DNA of 64,000 nt from the NCBI RefSeq assembly GCF_964355755.1, contig NC_092673.1, forward strand, positions 11,132,948 to 11,196,947. Reading direction: 5' to 3'. This DNA is from Antedon mediterranea. Its lineage: Eukaryota > Animalia > Echinodermata. The notes beneath the pieces are model-generated. The model was not told the DNA's origin and did no database searches. It worked only from the letters and a program-made list of their open reading frames with translations. Shown piece by piece: positions 1 through 12,799 of the stretch (the stretch's first letter is position 1; every line of letters begins with the position of its first letter). A program made the position numbers and the translations under genes.

Positions 1-1240
1 GCTCTATGGTAGCGCTATTTCCAGTTGGACATCTATATTTTGCGGTGTTCCTCAAGGAACGAAATTTGGCCCAAGCCTTTTTCAAGTAATGGTCAATGAC
101 TCGGCATCAGATTGCATTACAAGGTGGAAATTTGTCGACGATCTAACCTTCGCTGATATCTCAAAAAATAACTGTCAGGACTCTATTCAATCGTACTTTA
201 GTAATTTAGAGGAATGGTGTAAAATAAATAACATGTCCCTTAACCCTAATAAGTGTAAATCAGTGGAGATTAACTTTTGCAAAACTCCTGGTTACTATGA
301 TTTACTGACTAATAATGGAGTCCAAGTTGAGACTGTTAAACAATTGAAGCTTTTAGGTGTAACTATCCAAGATAACCTTAAGTGGGATACACACATTGGT
401 GAGATCGTTAGCAAGGCCAATAAAGCCATGCATATTGTGTCGGTACTTAAAAGGTTTGGTGCACCAGAAGATCAGTTAATTAAGATTTATAAATCTTTCA
501 TACGCCCCATAATTGAATATGCTTGTCCAACCTGGCACTCCTCCCTGACTTCCGAATTAAGCTTTGACCTGGAATCGGTCCAGAAGAGGTTTTTAAGAAT
601 TTTACTAGGGAGGAGGTACTATTCGTACACTGCAGCCCTAAAGAAATTTTCTCTTGATAGGCTCTGTGACCGTCGTCTCCAGCTTGTTCTGAAGTTTGGG
701 AGGAGTGTCCATGAAAAATTTAGTAATATTATCCCCAATACCCGTGCTGAAGCGACAGGTAGATCTCTCAGAAACGCAAACAAAATATCCCAAATTAAAT
801 GTAGAACAGAAAGATTTAAGAAATCCACACTCCCATTCCTGATTAACAATGACCTTATAGTGCAATAATATATATATATGAAATTCTTAATTTTGATAGG
901 CCTACGGATAATTAATAATTTTACTCGCAGTTTTTAAATTTGTAATTGTATATTCTTTATTTTTTTTTTTTATGAATTTATGTGTATATATATATTTTTA
1001 TATTAGATGGTTGTGTAATTTTGCTCGTTTTTGATATATATCTTTGTAAATTTGTAATTGTATATTCTTTATTTTTTTTTTAATGCATTTTGTATATATA
1101 TATATATATATTTTTATATTGGATGTTTGTGTAAATCTTGCTCGTTTTTTATATATTTTTTATGTTTATGTTACTGGACGCAATTCAGTTTTGTACTGCC
1201 ATGTCTTTGTTTTTAATAAACCAGAATAAATAAATAAAAA
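1..1240 (+). mobile_element. 3' part of a CR1/L2-group LINE (RT C-terminal half, 3' UTR, A-rich tail)
   Basis: GVPQGTKFGP..KFVDD RT motifs lead into ORF 89-868 (LLGV..LKW..H, YKSFIRPIIEYA, LESVQKRFLRII-type motifs). AATAAA/(TAAA)n tail at ~1215-1240; short tandem duplication in the UTR. Confidence 0.85.
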
Positions 1241-1761
1241 ACGATTAGAACTCGATCAGGAACTTAAAGGAGACCTTATTGTAAATGGAATAATACACAA
1301 AGTAAATAATAGATTAAAATTTGGATACCGACAAATGTGGTTTATAGATAAGGATAGTAAGAAAATTATGTCTGCTTTTTTACAGTATGTCTTTTTTACT
1401 ATGCTCTGACTAGCTGGTATTTGGGATTTCAAATAATTCTAAGTTAAGTTACAACGCTCTCAAAATAAAATAATAAGATTCATCTTAGGAGTGAATAACA
1501 GATATCATCTTGATTTTGTTTCATTGGGTATTTTAAATATTAATCTACGTGCTCAACAACAATCACCCTAAAAATTCACATCAAGTAGCAAAAACATTTT
1601 ACTACAATGGAATAAAAGTTTGGAATGAATTACAAAATAGTCAATATTTATAATCGAATTAAAAAAATCATAACGTGTTTAAATATACTTTAAAAAAGCC
1701 ACAACTATGAAATCTTAAATTTCTCATAAATTATTTAATATACCAACAACTTTGACATACT

Positions 1762-1806
1762 CAGTGGCGGATCTAGCGGGGGGCGTATGGGGCGTACGCC
1801 CCCCTA
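1762..1806 (+). mobile_element. solo hAT-like terminal sequence (CAGTGGCGGATC...)
   Basis: Same first 12 bp as the terminus at 19409, followed by a GGGGGCGTA..TACGCCCCC hairpin. No partner end located. Confidence 0.45.
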
Positions 1807-2850
1807 TTTTTTAAAGATTTTTTATTTTTTTTTTTAAATTAAATAGATTTTAAAAACACGTATCGTTTCGACGGTCATCAATCACCGATGGTTTGCACAT
1901 TTTCATAGTGAAAATAGTACGTCGGAGCACATCGTCAGCTTGATCGCATTCCACCAAGCATGTACGTCGACATCCTTTGTGTACTATCAATCTCTAGCGT
2001 TACCAACGATCATTCACAGTTAAGTGTAAAAGGAGCAAGTTGATAAAAGCCACGTGATGAGCTTGGTCGCGTTCCACTAAGCAGGTCTGCATCCTTTGTG
2101 ATCGTCACTCCCGTATTGTAGAGTAGCGGTACCGATCAACAGAGTTGATGAAGCCACATGGACAGTGCTACTATACTACGCGCCCATTTATTAAGTACAA
2201 TAAAAACAAAGGCTAGGACTGTATAGTGCCTATGAAAATTATCCCGTTAGGCCTACATTTTATTAAAACGTATTACTATTAAAATATTAACAATGCTGCA
2301 GCATTTCATGACCCTTGTTGTTTTATTTGCTTTCCCGTCGATGATTCTCATAAACAGTTTGGTCCGGCCGGACAGGTTTTGGCAGCCATAAATGGTCCCC
2401 CGGACTGATTTTGGCAGCCAAAACTGGTCCGCTGGACCGATTTTGGCCCGGACTGATTCTGCTGCGACACTACCAAGCCAAGTGAAAAAGTTAATTTGCA
2501 GTCCTGCTGGGGACCACATTTTTTGTGCTCGTCTTAGGCCGAATTGTCTGTCTGTGGTCCCGATAGTGTGACAACCATAATTTACATTTTATACTGGAAG
2601 GGCAATTATAGTTAGCCTACCTATATACCTACTACTACTACTCTAGCTTAGGCCGAATTTCGCCTAGGGCCTAGGCCTAGCCTCTAGTAGGCCTACTACT
2701 ACACTAAGCGGGCGTTCTCTACTGGACCTGACCTGAACTGGAGTGAATGGCTCTTTTTAATCTTGATGTCACTCCGAAAGTAAACCAACAAAAACAAAGG
2801 CCCCTTTAGAAAACAGACTAAGATATTGTTTTAACCAAAGAAAATCTCAC

Positions 2851-2989
2851 CTGGTCTTCGCTTCATGGTCCCGGGTGACTGCAGTTGTGGAACTATATTT
2901 GGTCCATCTTTCATATTATCATCGTTTTCTGCCCTTAGTTGTGCATCTAAAACTCGTAATTTCTTCTCAATACAATCTAAACTCGACAT
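2851..2989 (-). CDS. MAP2K7: first coding exon of a MAP2K7/MKK7-like kinase gene (rest of gene left of the window)
   Basis: Minus strand reads ATG..MSSLDCIEKKLRVLDAQLRAENDDNMKDGPNIVPQLQSPGTMKRRP, then G|GTGAGA donor (phase 1). It resembles the MKK7 N-terminus (SSLEQKLSRLEAKLKQEN...RPRP), recognised from memory. Confidence 0.6.
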
Positions 2990-3008
2990 CTCGAAAAATT
3001 ACAAGACT

Positions 3009-3020
3009 TACGCATGCGTA
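3009..3020. promoter_or_regulatory. NRF1-like palindrome just upstream of the MAP2K7-like ATG
   Basis: TACGCATGCGTA about 20 bp upstream of the ATG; resembles the NRF1 consensus TGCGCATGCGCA. Confidence 0.3.
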
Positions 3021-3374
3021 CTGACCTTTAGAGTTTGATGATTATATTTTTAACAACATATCCTCTCTCTAGTAGATCTCCTCAATAATCTCTAATATAA
3101 CAACATAAACGTAAATGTAAATCAGTTATTTGTTATTTCATATCCACAAATCATTACACAGTTAATATTTAACAATCGATATTTTTGTTATAGTTAAAGA
3201 TAAGAAATGAGTATCATTTATTTTTTATTAATTATTATTACTGAACACAATTGCGGTTTGCTGGAGGTATCAGAGCGTCATTTCGCTCCATTTCGACGAT
3301 CGAGCATTCTCTACTTCTACGGAGCGCCATTTATGCCTTTATTTACTTATATAGAAATTGTACTACGGTAGCTG

Positions 3375-4200
3375 CTCCCAGTGGACCAAATTTAGCACTA
3401 GTGGAGCGCAGTGATATAAAATAGAAATAAGTCACTGAATTTTAATATCTTTTCGTATGTTAATACACTGTGCTCAAGTGAACCCAATTTGGATCCAGTG
3501 GAGCACAGTGATATAAAATAGAAATAAGTCACTAAATTTTAATATCTTTTCGTATACACTGTGCTCAAGTGGACACAATTTGGAGCCAAGGGAGCACAGT
3601 GATATAAAATAGAAAAAAGTCACTGAATTTTAATATCTTTTCGTATGTTAATACACTGTGCTCAAGTGGACCCAATTTGGAGCCAGTGGAGCACAGTGAT
3701 ATAAAATAGAAAAAAGTCACTGAATTTTAATATCATTTCGTATGTTAATACACTGTGCTCAAGTGGACCCAATTTGGCGAAAGGAGAGCACAGTGATATA
3801 AAATATAGAAATAATTGTCATTGAATGTTAATATATTTTCGTATGTTAATACACTGTGCTCAAGTGGACCTAATTTGGCGCCAGTGGAGCACAGTGATAT
3901 AAAATATGGAAAAAGTCACTGAATTTTAATATCTTTTCGTATTTAATATACACTATGCTCAAGTGGACCCGATTTGGAGCCAGGGGAGCACTGTGATATA
4001 AAATAGAAATAAGTCACTGAATTTTAATATCTTTTCGTATGTTAATACACTGTGCTTACGTGGACCCAATTTGGCGTGCGCGCCAGTGAGCACAGTAATA
4101 TAAAATAGAAAAAAGTCACTAAATTTTAATATCTTTTCGTATGTTAATACACTGTGCTCAAGTGTGGACCCAATTTGGCACCAATGGGAGCACAGGGAAA
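3375..4200 (+). repeat. ~97-bp tandem repeat (left foldback arm)
   Basis: Unit GGAGCACAGTGATATAAAATAG..CACTGTGCTCAAGTGGACCCAATTTGGAGCCAGT; period 97 (e.g. 3591 to 3688). Each unit contains a CACTGTGCTC/GAGCACAGTG hairpin. Confidence 0.9.
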
Positions 4201-4361
4201 TAGTCACATACAAAAACATCGAGAAAAAATACTTCTGGAATTTAAAAATATTTCAAACTTGGTATATATGTTCAATATCGGTTACTCCATCCGTAAACCA
4301 AAAGAAAAAATAGTTTCAAGCCACAATTCGATTTTTTCCCTGTAAATTGAGCAACTTAAAT

Positions 4362-5177
4362 AAACAAGGCCAACAGCCATTAAGTCGCGTGCTACAATGC
4401 ATAGTGATACCGGACCGACAGACAGACCGACAGACCGACAGACAGACCGACAGAAAGACCGACAGACCGACAGACCGACAGACAGACAGACAGACCGACC
4501 AACCGACATAGTGAACTATACTGACCGAAATTACTGAACATGTTTAAAAATGTTGAAATGTTTAAAAACATTTATATTTTTTTAATTTACACGTGCGTAG
4601 CCTGTCACTTTTGACGTGCTCGTATAACGTAATTTCGAGTTGAAAAGTAAGTCAAGAAAACAGAAATCGGGCAAAAAGAGTGCGCAATAACATTTAACGC
4701 ACAGTGCGCGCGCAAAAATATGCGCACTCATGGCAATTTTGTAAACGCTTAAAATTGCCTGAAACGTACTCTTATTTCATCGAAAATAAATTTTGACAAT
4801 TTTAAGCGCGCGTACGCATGCGTTACATGCGCTACGCACGTAATTGTATTGCCATATGATGATTTATGCCCTGAAATTTATGAGTACCAAATTTTATTTA
4901 ATTGTGATTCATGGTTGTGAAGATATGATTACAAACGTGATTTCGTTAAATCGTGCGTAGACCGCGTAATTTTTTATTGCACACCGTGAAAAACATAACC
5001 ACATTGATTCCTGGCCATAAGGAATATACTGTGAAAAATTGACCTAGCTAGATTAAACTGATACCAAGATAAGGTCAGAAAGCGATAAAACGCATAGTGA
5101 TACCGGACCGACAGACAGACAGACCGACCAACCGACCGACATAGTGAACTATAGAGTCGCTTCCACGCGACTAAAAA
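4362..5177 (-). mobile_element. non-autonomous Helentron/DINE-1-like element, family A copy 1
   Basis: Reverse complement of 6013-6792. T-run ends, AGTCGCGT subterminal IR, (GTCY)n microsatellite, 3' CTTGTT; inserted in an A/T run with no TSD. Confidence 0.7.
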
Positions 5178-6012
5178 TATACCAAGAAATATATATTGAA
5201 ATCAAGGAGTATTTTTTTTTTTACAAAAGAAATGTTCGTATGTTAATACACTGTGCTCCAGTGGATCCAATTTGGCGCCAGTGGAGCACAGGGAAATAGT
5301 CACATACAAAAACTTCTAGAAAAAATATTTATCGAATTCAAAAATATTTCAAACTTGGTATATAAGTTCAATATCGGTTACTCCATCCGTAATGCAAAAG
5401 AAAAATTAGTTTCAAGCCACATTAGTGATTTTAATAACTTGCGTTTGTCTAAGATAAATACTTATGAAAGAACATACAATTCCAACACATTTTTTTAAAC
5501 TTTAGCGATTAAAAAAAAGACATATGTTAAAAATATGAATTATGTAGTAACATATTGAACGTGTAGTAACCTATTGAACGTATACTACCAAATTTCAAAT
5601 GTGTAGGACAATTATTTTATGACGATCAAAATTTAAAGTTTAAAAAATGTGTTGGAATTCTATGTTCTATCATAAATATACATTTTAAACGAACGAAAAT
5701 TACTAAAATCACTGATATGGCTTGAAACTAATTTTTCTTTTGCATTACGGATGGAGTAACCGATATTGAACTTATATACCAAGTTTGAAATATTTTGGAA
5801 ATCCAGAAGTATTTTTTCTTGATGTTTTTGTATGTGACTATTTCCCTGTGCTCCACTGGCGCCAAATTGGATCCACTGGAGCACAGTCATGTATTAACAT
5901 ACGAACATTTCTTTTGTAAAAAAAAATACTCCTTGATTTCAATATATATTTCTTGGTATATTTTTAATGTAAGTTGCTCAATTTACAGAGAAAAAATCGA
6001 ATTCCTAACCGG

Positions 6013-6792
6013 TTTTTAGTCGCGTGGAAGCGAATCTATAGTTCACTATGTCGGTCGGTCGGTCTGTCGGTCTGTCGGTCCGGTATCACTATGCGTTTTA
6101 TCGCTTTCTGACCTTATCTTGATATCAGTTTAATCTAGCTAGGTCAATTTTTCACAGTATATTCCTTATGGCCAGGAATCGATGTGGTTATGTTTTCACG
6201 GTGCGCAATACAAAATTACGCGGTCTACGCACGATTTAACGAAATCACGTTTGTAATCATATCTTCACAACCATGAATCACAATTAAATAAAATTTGGCA
6301 CTCATAAATTTCAGGGCATGAATCATCATATGGCAATACAATTACGTGCGTAGCGCATGTAACGCATGCGTACGCGCGCTTAAAATTTTCAAAATTTATT
6401 TTCTATGAAATAAGAGTACGTTTCAGGCAATTTTAAGCGTTTACAAAATTGCCATGAGTGCGCATATTTTTGGGCGCGCACTGCGCGTTAAATGTTATTG
6501 CGCACTCTTTTTGCCCGATTTCTGTTTTCTTGACTTACTTTTCAACTTTCGAAATTACGTTATACGAGCACGTCAAAAGTGACAGGCTACGCACGTGTAA
6601 ATTAAAAAAATATAAATGTTTTTAAACATTTCAACATTTTTAAACATGTTCAGTAATTTCGGTCAGTATAGTTCACTATGTCGGTCGGTCGGTCTGTCTT
6701 TCTGTCGGTCTGTCTGTCGGTCTGTCGGTCTGTCTGTCGGTCCGGTATCACTATGCATTGTAGCACGCGATTTAATGGCTGTTGGCCTTGTT
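6013..6792 (+). mobile_element. non-autonomous Helentron/DINE-1-like element, family A copy 2
   Basis: TTTTTAGTCGCGTGGAAGCGA start, (GTCG/GTCT)n tracts, ends ..GCACGCGAT..GGCCTTGTT. Confidence 0.7.
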
Positions 6793-8061
6793 TTTTGTAA
6801 AAATCATTATTAGAGTTTAACATATGTGTCGGAATTGTATGTTTTTTCGTAAGTAGTATCTTAAGCAAACGCAAGTTATTAAAATCACTGACGTGGCTTG
6901 AAACTATTTTTTCTTTTGGTTTACGGATGGAGTAACCGATATTGAACAAATATACCAAGTTTGAAATATTTTTAAATTCCAGAAGTATTTTTTCTCGATG
7001 TTTGTGTATGTGACTATTTCCCTGTGCTCCCATTGGTGCCAAATTGGGTCCACTTGAGCACAGTGTATTGAAATACGAAAAGATATTATAATTTAGTGAC
7101 TTTTTTCTATTTTATACCACTGTGTGCTCACTGGCGCGCGCGCCAAATTGGGTCCACGTGAGACAGTGTATTAACATACGAAAAGATATTAAAATTCAGT
7201 GACTTATTTCTATTTTATATCACTGTGCTCCGCTGGCGCCAAATTAGGTCCACTTTAGTCCAGTCAATCTATGACAAAAAAGGGCGTAACCCAAAACAAA
7301 TTGCAATAGTTTCCAAACCTTTTTTATTTGATTCTATAAGCATCTGGAAAGATCATTTCCAAAATCTACCAAAATCGGTTCAGTGGAACATACTTTTTAA
7401 GGGGTTTTAAGGTCATAGGGGTCAAATTACACATTTTTCTATTTTGAAAACTACTAGGCGTAGCATGTTGATTTTGGTGTCAAACTATTCAGAAGACCCA
7501 TATTTATATGTACTCTAATGAAACCTTTTTACCAAAAATTACAGGAAAGCATGTTTTTGACCTTTGATCTATTTTATTGTATATTTTCGTATATTCGTAT
7601 CTTAGTAACCAGTGGGCGTAGATGAGCGTTATTTGCGTCAAACTACTCAGAAGGTCAATGTTTATATTAGTTCTAATGGAAAAGATCCGTGTAAAATGAC
7701 CGGAAGTCATTATTTTGACCTTTGACACATATTCATTATTTTAGATTTCTCAGTAAATACATTTTTTATATCTCAGTAACCACTAAGCACAACTTCGTCA
7801 ATTTTGTGTCAAAAGATTCAGAAGACTCATATTTATATTCACTATAATGAAAAAGTTTTTTTTTAAATGGATAGAAATTATGTTTTTGACCTTTGACCTA
7901 TTATACCAGTATATTTGTTTATATTTACTCAGACTAATGAAAACAAATGCAAATGTACAATATAACCGAAAATCATTATTTTGACCGTTAACATTTTCTA
8001 GTCGTGTCATGAATAAACCTCGAGTCTCGAGTATAACATTTTAAATTTGACCAAATAATAA

Positions 8062-11000
8062 GTGCGGCGATCTGACAGACGTTGGGCTGGAATATCAACT
8101 GATCTTGCCATAGAACAGTGTCTTATGCGTAGCATAAAAACAAGAGGAGGTCTAACAAGAGGGCGAGGATTAACAGAAATTCAACGACTTGTCTGGGTGG
8201 GTCCTTTCAACTCCAGTCTGCGCCAAGATCAATCATTCAATGCAAGAGTTCACTAACGTTTCGTATACTACCAGTGAACAACATAAAGAAACAACATATG
8301 CCAGAAAGATGAAGGACCTCAGTGATGTACAAGACATATCAAGGTATCTGACACTGCGAAATCCATTCAATACAGACAGTACAAAATTACTGACAAACAT
8401 TGCAACTGGAGTGACGGCACATATCAATGTAGACTGTCACAATGCCAAGCATGTAGGTCAACAAATTGTGCAATCAATGACAAACCAAAAGGTCGCCGAC
8501 TACACATTTCGGAAAAAGAGCCAATCCATTACAATGAACTCTAAAAGCGCATTGAAGATAAAAGATGATGTGGTCAATGTAGATCCTTTACTTCTATTTG
8601 AACGACTTGTAACTGCCGGCACAAGATGCCATAATGTCAGGGGCGCAGCCAGTGCGGGGGTCACGGGGGTCCTGACCCCCCCTTTTTTTTAGAAAAAATA
8701 AATAAAAACATGAGACAACAATACAGATCAAATGATCCTGGAGATACTGTGGAAGATTACTACCGAGCAGTATTACCAAATCAACTTCTTGATCATTTAC
8801 AAACCGAGTTAAAAACCCGTTTTTCTACCGATAACAGGCCATGCTTTAAAATATTTGGCGTAGCACCCGAGTCTATCGTGAAGTGTAATGTTGAAGAAGT
8901 CTTCAAGGAACTTGAATTTGGTACGATGATCTGCCAAGACACGAACATCTTCATTCCGAGCTTCAGTGATGGAAGCGACTGTGTAAAATTAGCGGATCCA
9001 GATGTGTTCCCGAATGTGCGTGCGCTTCTTCTAATCGCGTAGGCCTATGCCCGTAACGTCTGCTGAAGCTGAGCGGAGTTTTTCGACTTTGTGGAGAACG
9101 AAAACCTGTTTGCGAAATCACATGTCTTATGAGCAGCTTTCGGGATTGTGCCTCATGAACATACACTTTAACATGAACATTAATACAGAGAATGTCATTC
9201 GCGAATTCTGTCTCCAAGCCAAGAAGAATGTTCCAAACTTATGATGCATCACGCGATGTCTAGAGCGCCGTTATAGTAACTAACGTAAAATGTATGATAA
9301 TAATTTAGAAGTTAGTTATTACAATTATGTATAAGCTATCACCTATACTATACATTCGAACAAAAAAGTTATATTTTTAAACAAAATATTGTATGTACTG
9401 GGTATGATAAGCGTCTCACATACACACACGGAGCCAAGATAGCTTCTTGGACTTGCACAGTGTATGAACTCTAACCTTACGGTTCTCATTTAATAATATC
9501 ACTCCATGTTCAAATAATTCCTCCTCTGAGTTTACAGCCTCTCTACACAAATCAACAAACAAGCAAGAAAAAAAGTGTTTGTCTGTGGCAGCCTGGAATA
9601 TAAAAATGTTCTGTAATGAAAATGAGAGTTGTTTTTTGTTTTCTTTGTTTCAGTTTATTAGTGTTAACATTGTCATATTTGTGTGTGCGTAAACCGATTC
9701 AAATGATCTAGATTGCGCTAGACCGCCAAAGCTTCCAGGGGCCTTCGCCCCCTGGACCCCAACCGGGGGCCCTTGGCGGCCCCCTGGCCCCCAGCCCATG
9801 GTTGCTCGCTTCGCTCGCAAAATACTCACATATTTGGTTGACCCTCCTTTAATTCTTTGCTGGCTGCGTCCCTGTAATGTATCAGATATATTTAGATTGT
9901 TTGAATCACCAGATATGATGAGGTCTGCAAATAAAGCTAAGTTTAGCTGATAGTTTGTGGTCAACAGCAATCGAGGTTGCTCCAGAACCTCCTGATCAAA
10001 TGCAGTACGTCTTAGATGGAGGAGCACTACTTCATAAAATTCCATGGACAAGAGGGGCTTCATGGGGTGACATATGAGAGTATACACTAAATATGTTTCT
10101 CACAAATATGGAAAACCCATTGTTGTTTTTGATGGGTACGATAACTCACTAAGTACAAAAGACTGTACACATACAAGGAGAAGTGGTGGTGGTGGTGTAG
10201 CTGTACACTTTGACCAATCTATGACCTTACAAACCAAAAGAGAAGAATTTCTGTCAAACGTTCAAAACAAACAAAGATTCATTAAGATTTTGGAAAATAG
10301 TCTTGAAAAAGAAGGTTGTACTGTTCACCACGCAGAAGCTGACGCTGACTATCTTGTGTCGAAGATGGCTCTGTTCTGTGCAGAACAAATAGGCACGGTT
10401 GTCATCGCAGATGATACAGATATCCTGGTCCTCCTTATCCACCATGGTGGTCACACCAAACATAATGTATGGTTCAAGCCAAACCAAAGGAAAGAAACTA
10501 AAAAGGTGCAACGATGTTGGAACATTGCAGCAACAAGACTTGACCTTGGCAGCGATGTTTGTAAATATATCCTATTTTGTCACGCGTTCCTTGGATGTGA
10601 CACGACATCGCGATTTTTTGGTATTGGGAAAATCAAAGCAGTAACTAAAGTAAGAAGTGACTGTTTCTTTTCTGAACAAGCGAAAGTGTTTATGACTTTT
10701 AAAGCAAACAGACAGGAGGTAATTGCAGCGGGTAATAACGCCATTTTGTCTTTGTATGGTAGCAGTGATAATGAAAACCTAGATGAATTGAGGTTTCGTA
10801 AATTTCATGAAAAGACTAGATGCAGTACTAAAGCAGTTCATCCACGTTCTTTACCCCCAACGGCATCAGCGGCAAAGTATCATAGTCTAAGGGTGTACCA
10901 ACAAGTTCAAGTTTGGCTTGGAAATGAAGAAAATGTACCTCCAGATAAATATGGATGGAAGATCAGCCAAGGCAGGATGATACCATATTTGACGGACAAC

Positions 11001-11105
11001 CCCCCAGCACCACAATCGGTCCTACAAATCATAAAATGCAAATGCAAAACAGGCTGCTATAATATGAAATGCAGCTGTAGGAACAATGGATTAGATTTTC
11101 TGTAA
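8062..11105 (+). pseudogene. Academ transposase polyprotein remnant (frameshifted, split by hAT insertion)
   Basis: WAGISTDLAIEQCLMRSIKTRGGLTRGRG; YVLDGGALLH; VVFDGY; EADAD; ADDTDILVLL; HAFLGCDTTSRFFGIGK (H3TH); LPPT; CKCKTGC..CSC. This is the XPG-like + Cys-rich architecture described for Academ. Confidence 0.8.
8638..9874 (+). mobile_element. hAT deletion derivative carrying the C-terminal dimerization domain; 6-bp TSD
   Basis: TIR CAGGGGCGCAGCCAG / CTGGCTGCGTCCCTG; TSD TAATGT (8632-8637, 9875-9880). ORFs 8710-9244 contain FPNV..LLI..PVTSAEAERSFSTL..KT.LR..M...LSGL.LMNIH (hAT dimerization motif). Confidence 0.85.
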
Positions 11106-11997
11106 AAATAGTTTCATTAGAGTAAATAAATATGGTTCTTCTGAATTGTTTAACACAAAAGTTACGCTTATTGGTCATCGCGATACAAAAAATATATTTA
11201 GTGAGATATGAAATAAAGAATATGTTAACGGTCAAAACGATGACTTCCGGTCATAATACACAACACTTTTTCATTAGAGTGAATATAAACATAGACCTTT
11301 TGAATATTTTGACACAAAAAATGCTCATCTACGCCCATTGGTTACAAAGATATGAATATACCAATATAATAGGTCAAAGGTCAAAAGAGTAGTTTCCGGT
11401 CATTTTTTTGTAAAAAGTTTTATTAGAGTGAATATAAATAAGGGTCTTCTGAATTGATTAACACAAAAATTACGAAGTTACGCCTATTGGTCACCGAGAT
11501 ACAAAAAATTTAATTAGTGAAATAATATAAAATAATGAATATATGTCAAAGGTCAAAATGATGTCGTCTGGTCATAATACACAAAACGTTTTCATTAGAG
11601 TGAATATAAACATAGACCTTCTGGGTATTTTGACACCAAAAACGCTTGTTTACGCCCAGTGGTTACCGAGATATGAATATGCCAAAATAATAGGTTAAAG
11701 GTCAAAAACATGGATTCCGGTCATTTTTTATAAAAAACTTTCATTAGAGTGAATATAAATATGGGTCTTCTGAATTGTTTGACACCAAAATTACCAAGTT
11801 CGGCCAAGCGGTTACTGAGATATACAAATATAGAATTTGACCCTCATGACCTCTTGACCCCTTAAAAAAGTATGTTCCACTGAACCGATTTTGGTAGATT
11901 TTGGAAATGTTTCTTCCAGGAACATATAGAATCAAATAAAAAAGGTTCGGAAACTATTGCAATTTGTTTTGGGTCTATCGGTAGATTGACTGGACTA

Positions 11998-12590
11998 CTT
12001 GAGCACAGTGTATTAACATACGAAAAGATGTTAACATTCAGTGACTAATATTTCTATTTTATATCACTGTGCTCCACTGGCTCCAAATTGGGTTCACTTG
12101 AGCACAGTGTATAAACATACGAAAAGATATTAAAATTCAGTGACTTTTTTCTATTTTATATCACTGTCCTCCACTGGCTCCAAATTGGGTCCACTTGAGC
12201 ACAGTGTATTAACATACGAAAAGATATTAAAATTCAGTGACTTTTTTCTATTTTATATCACTGTGCTCCCCTGGCTCCAAATTGGGTCCACTTGATCACA
12301 GTGTATTAACATACGAAAAGATATTCAAATTCAGTGACTTTTTTCTATTTTATATCACTGTGCTCCCCTGCCTCCAAATTGGGTCCACTTGAGCACAGTG
12401 TATTAACATACGAAAAGATACTAAAAATCATTGACTTATTTCTATTTTATATAAATGTGCTCTCCTGGCTCCAAATTGGGTCCACTTGAGCAGTGTTATT
12501 AACATACGAAAAGATATTAAAATTCAGTGACTTATTTCTATTTTATATCACTGTGCTCCACCGGTGCTAAGTTTGGTCCACTGGAGCAGT
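11998..12590 (-). repeat. ~97-bp tandem repeat (right foldback arm; continues 7020-7255 before the Academ insertion)
   Basis: Reverse complement of the 3375-4200 array. Confidence 0.9.
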
Positions 12591-12799
12591 TACCGTAGTA
12601 CTATTTCTAATTCGGAAGTAAATAAAGGCATAAATGGCGCTCCGTAGAAGTAAATAGTGAAGTTGAGAATGCTCGATCGTCGAAATGACGCTCTGAATAT
12701 ACCTCTTTGCTGCAGCACGTCGCTGAGAGTATACATTATATTGTATTTGCCTTGAGGTACCTGTTACAAAAGATAGTATAGTAGACTAAAAGATTGAAT

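Larger units (their letters stand above)
7256..11997 (+). mobile_element. Academ (AcademX-type) DNA transposon, internally deleted, 3-bp TSD
   Basis: Termini TAGTCCAGTCAATCTA / TAGATTGACTGGACTA with long inner IRs. TSD CTT (7253-7255, 11998-12000) interrupts one 97-bp repeat unit. Encodes an XPG/PIN-like nuclease plus Cys-rich C-terminus. Confidence 0.85.
3264..12705. mobile_element. large foldback-type DNA element with long TIRs built from ~97-bp tandem repeats; 7-bp TSD
   Basis: Ends GAGGTAT(C)AGAGCGTCATTTCG.. and ..CGAAATGACGCTCTGAATATACCTC. Flanking direct repeat TTTGCTG at 3257-3263 and 12706-12712. Arms inverted over more than 1 kb. Confidence 0.8.

Noticed and set aside
3375-4200. 97-bp repeats as a CRISPR array, or as RSS arrays (CACAGTG heptamers)
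   Set aside because: Units are fully repeated with no unique spacers, the context is eukaryotic, and no ACAAAAACC-like nonamer lies at 12 or 23 bp.
9650-10087. 145-aa minus-strand ORF
   Set aside because: It crosses the hAT/Academ junction antisense to the transposase. The VGVQGAKAPGS peptide simply reflects a GC-rich subterminal block also present at 50847-51035.
10074-11105. Host XPG/FEN1/asteroid or tesmin gene
   Set aside because: Intronless, frameshifted upstream, and bounded by TIRs with a 3-bp TSD, so it belongs to an Academ element.
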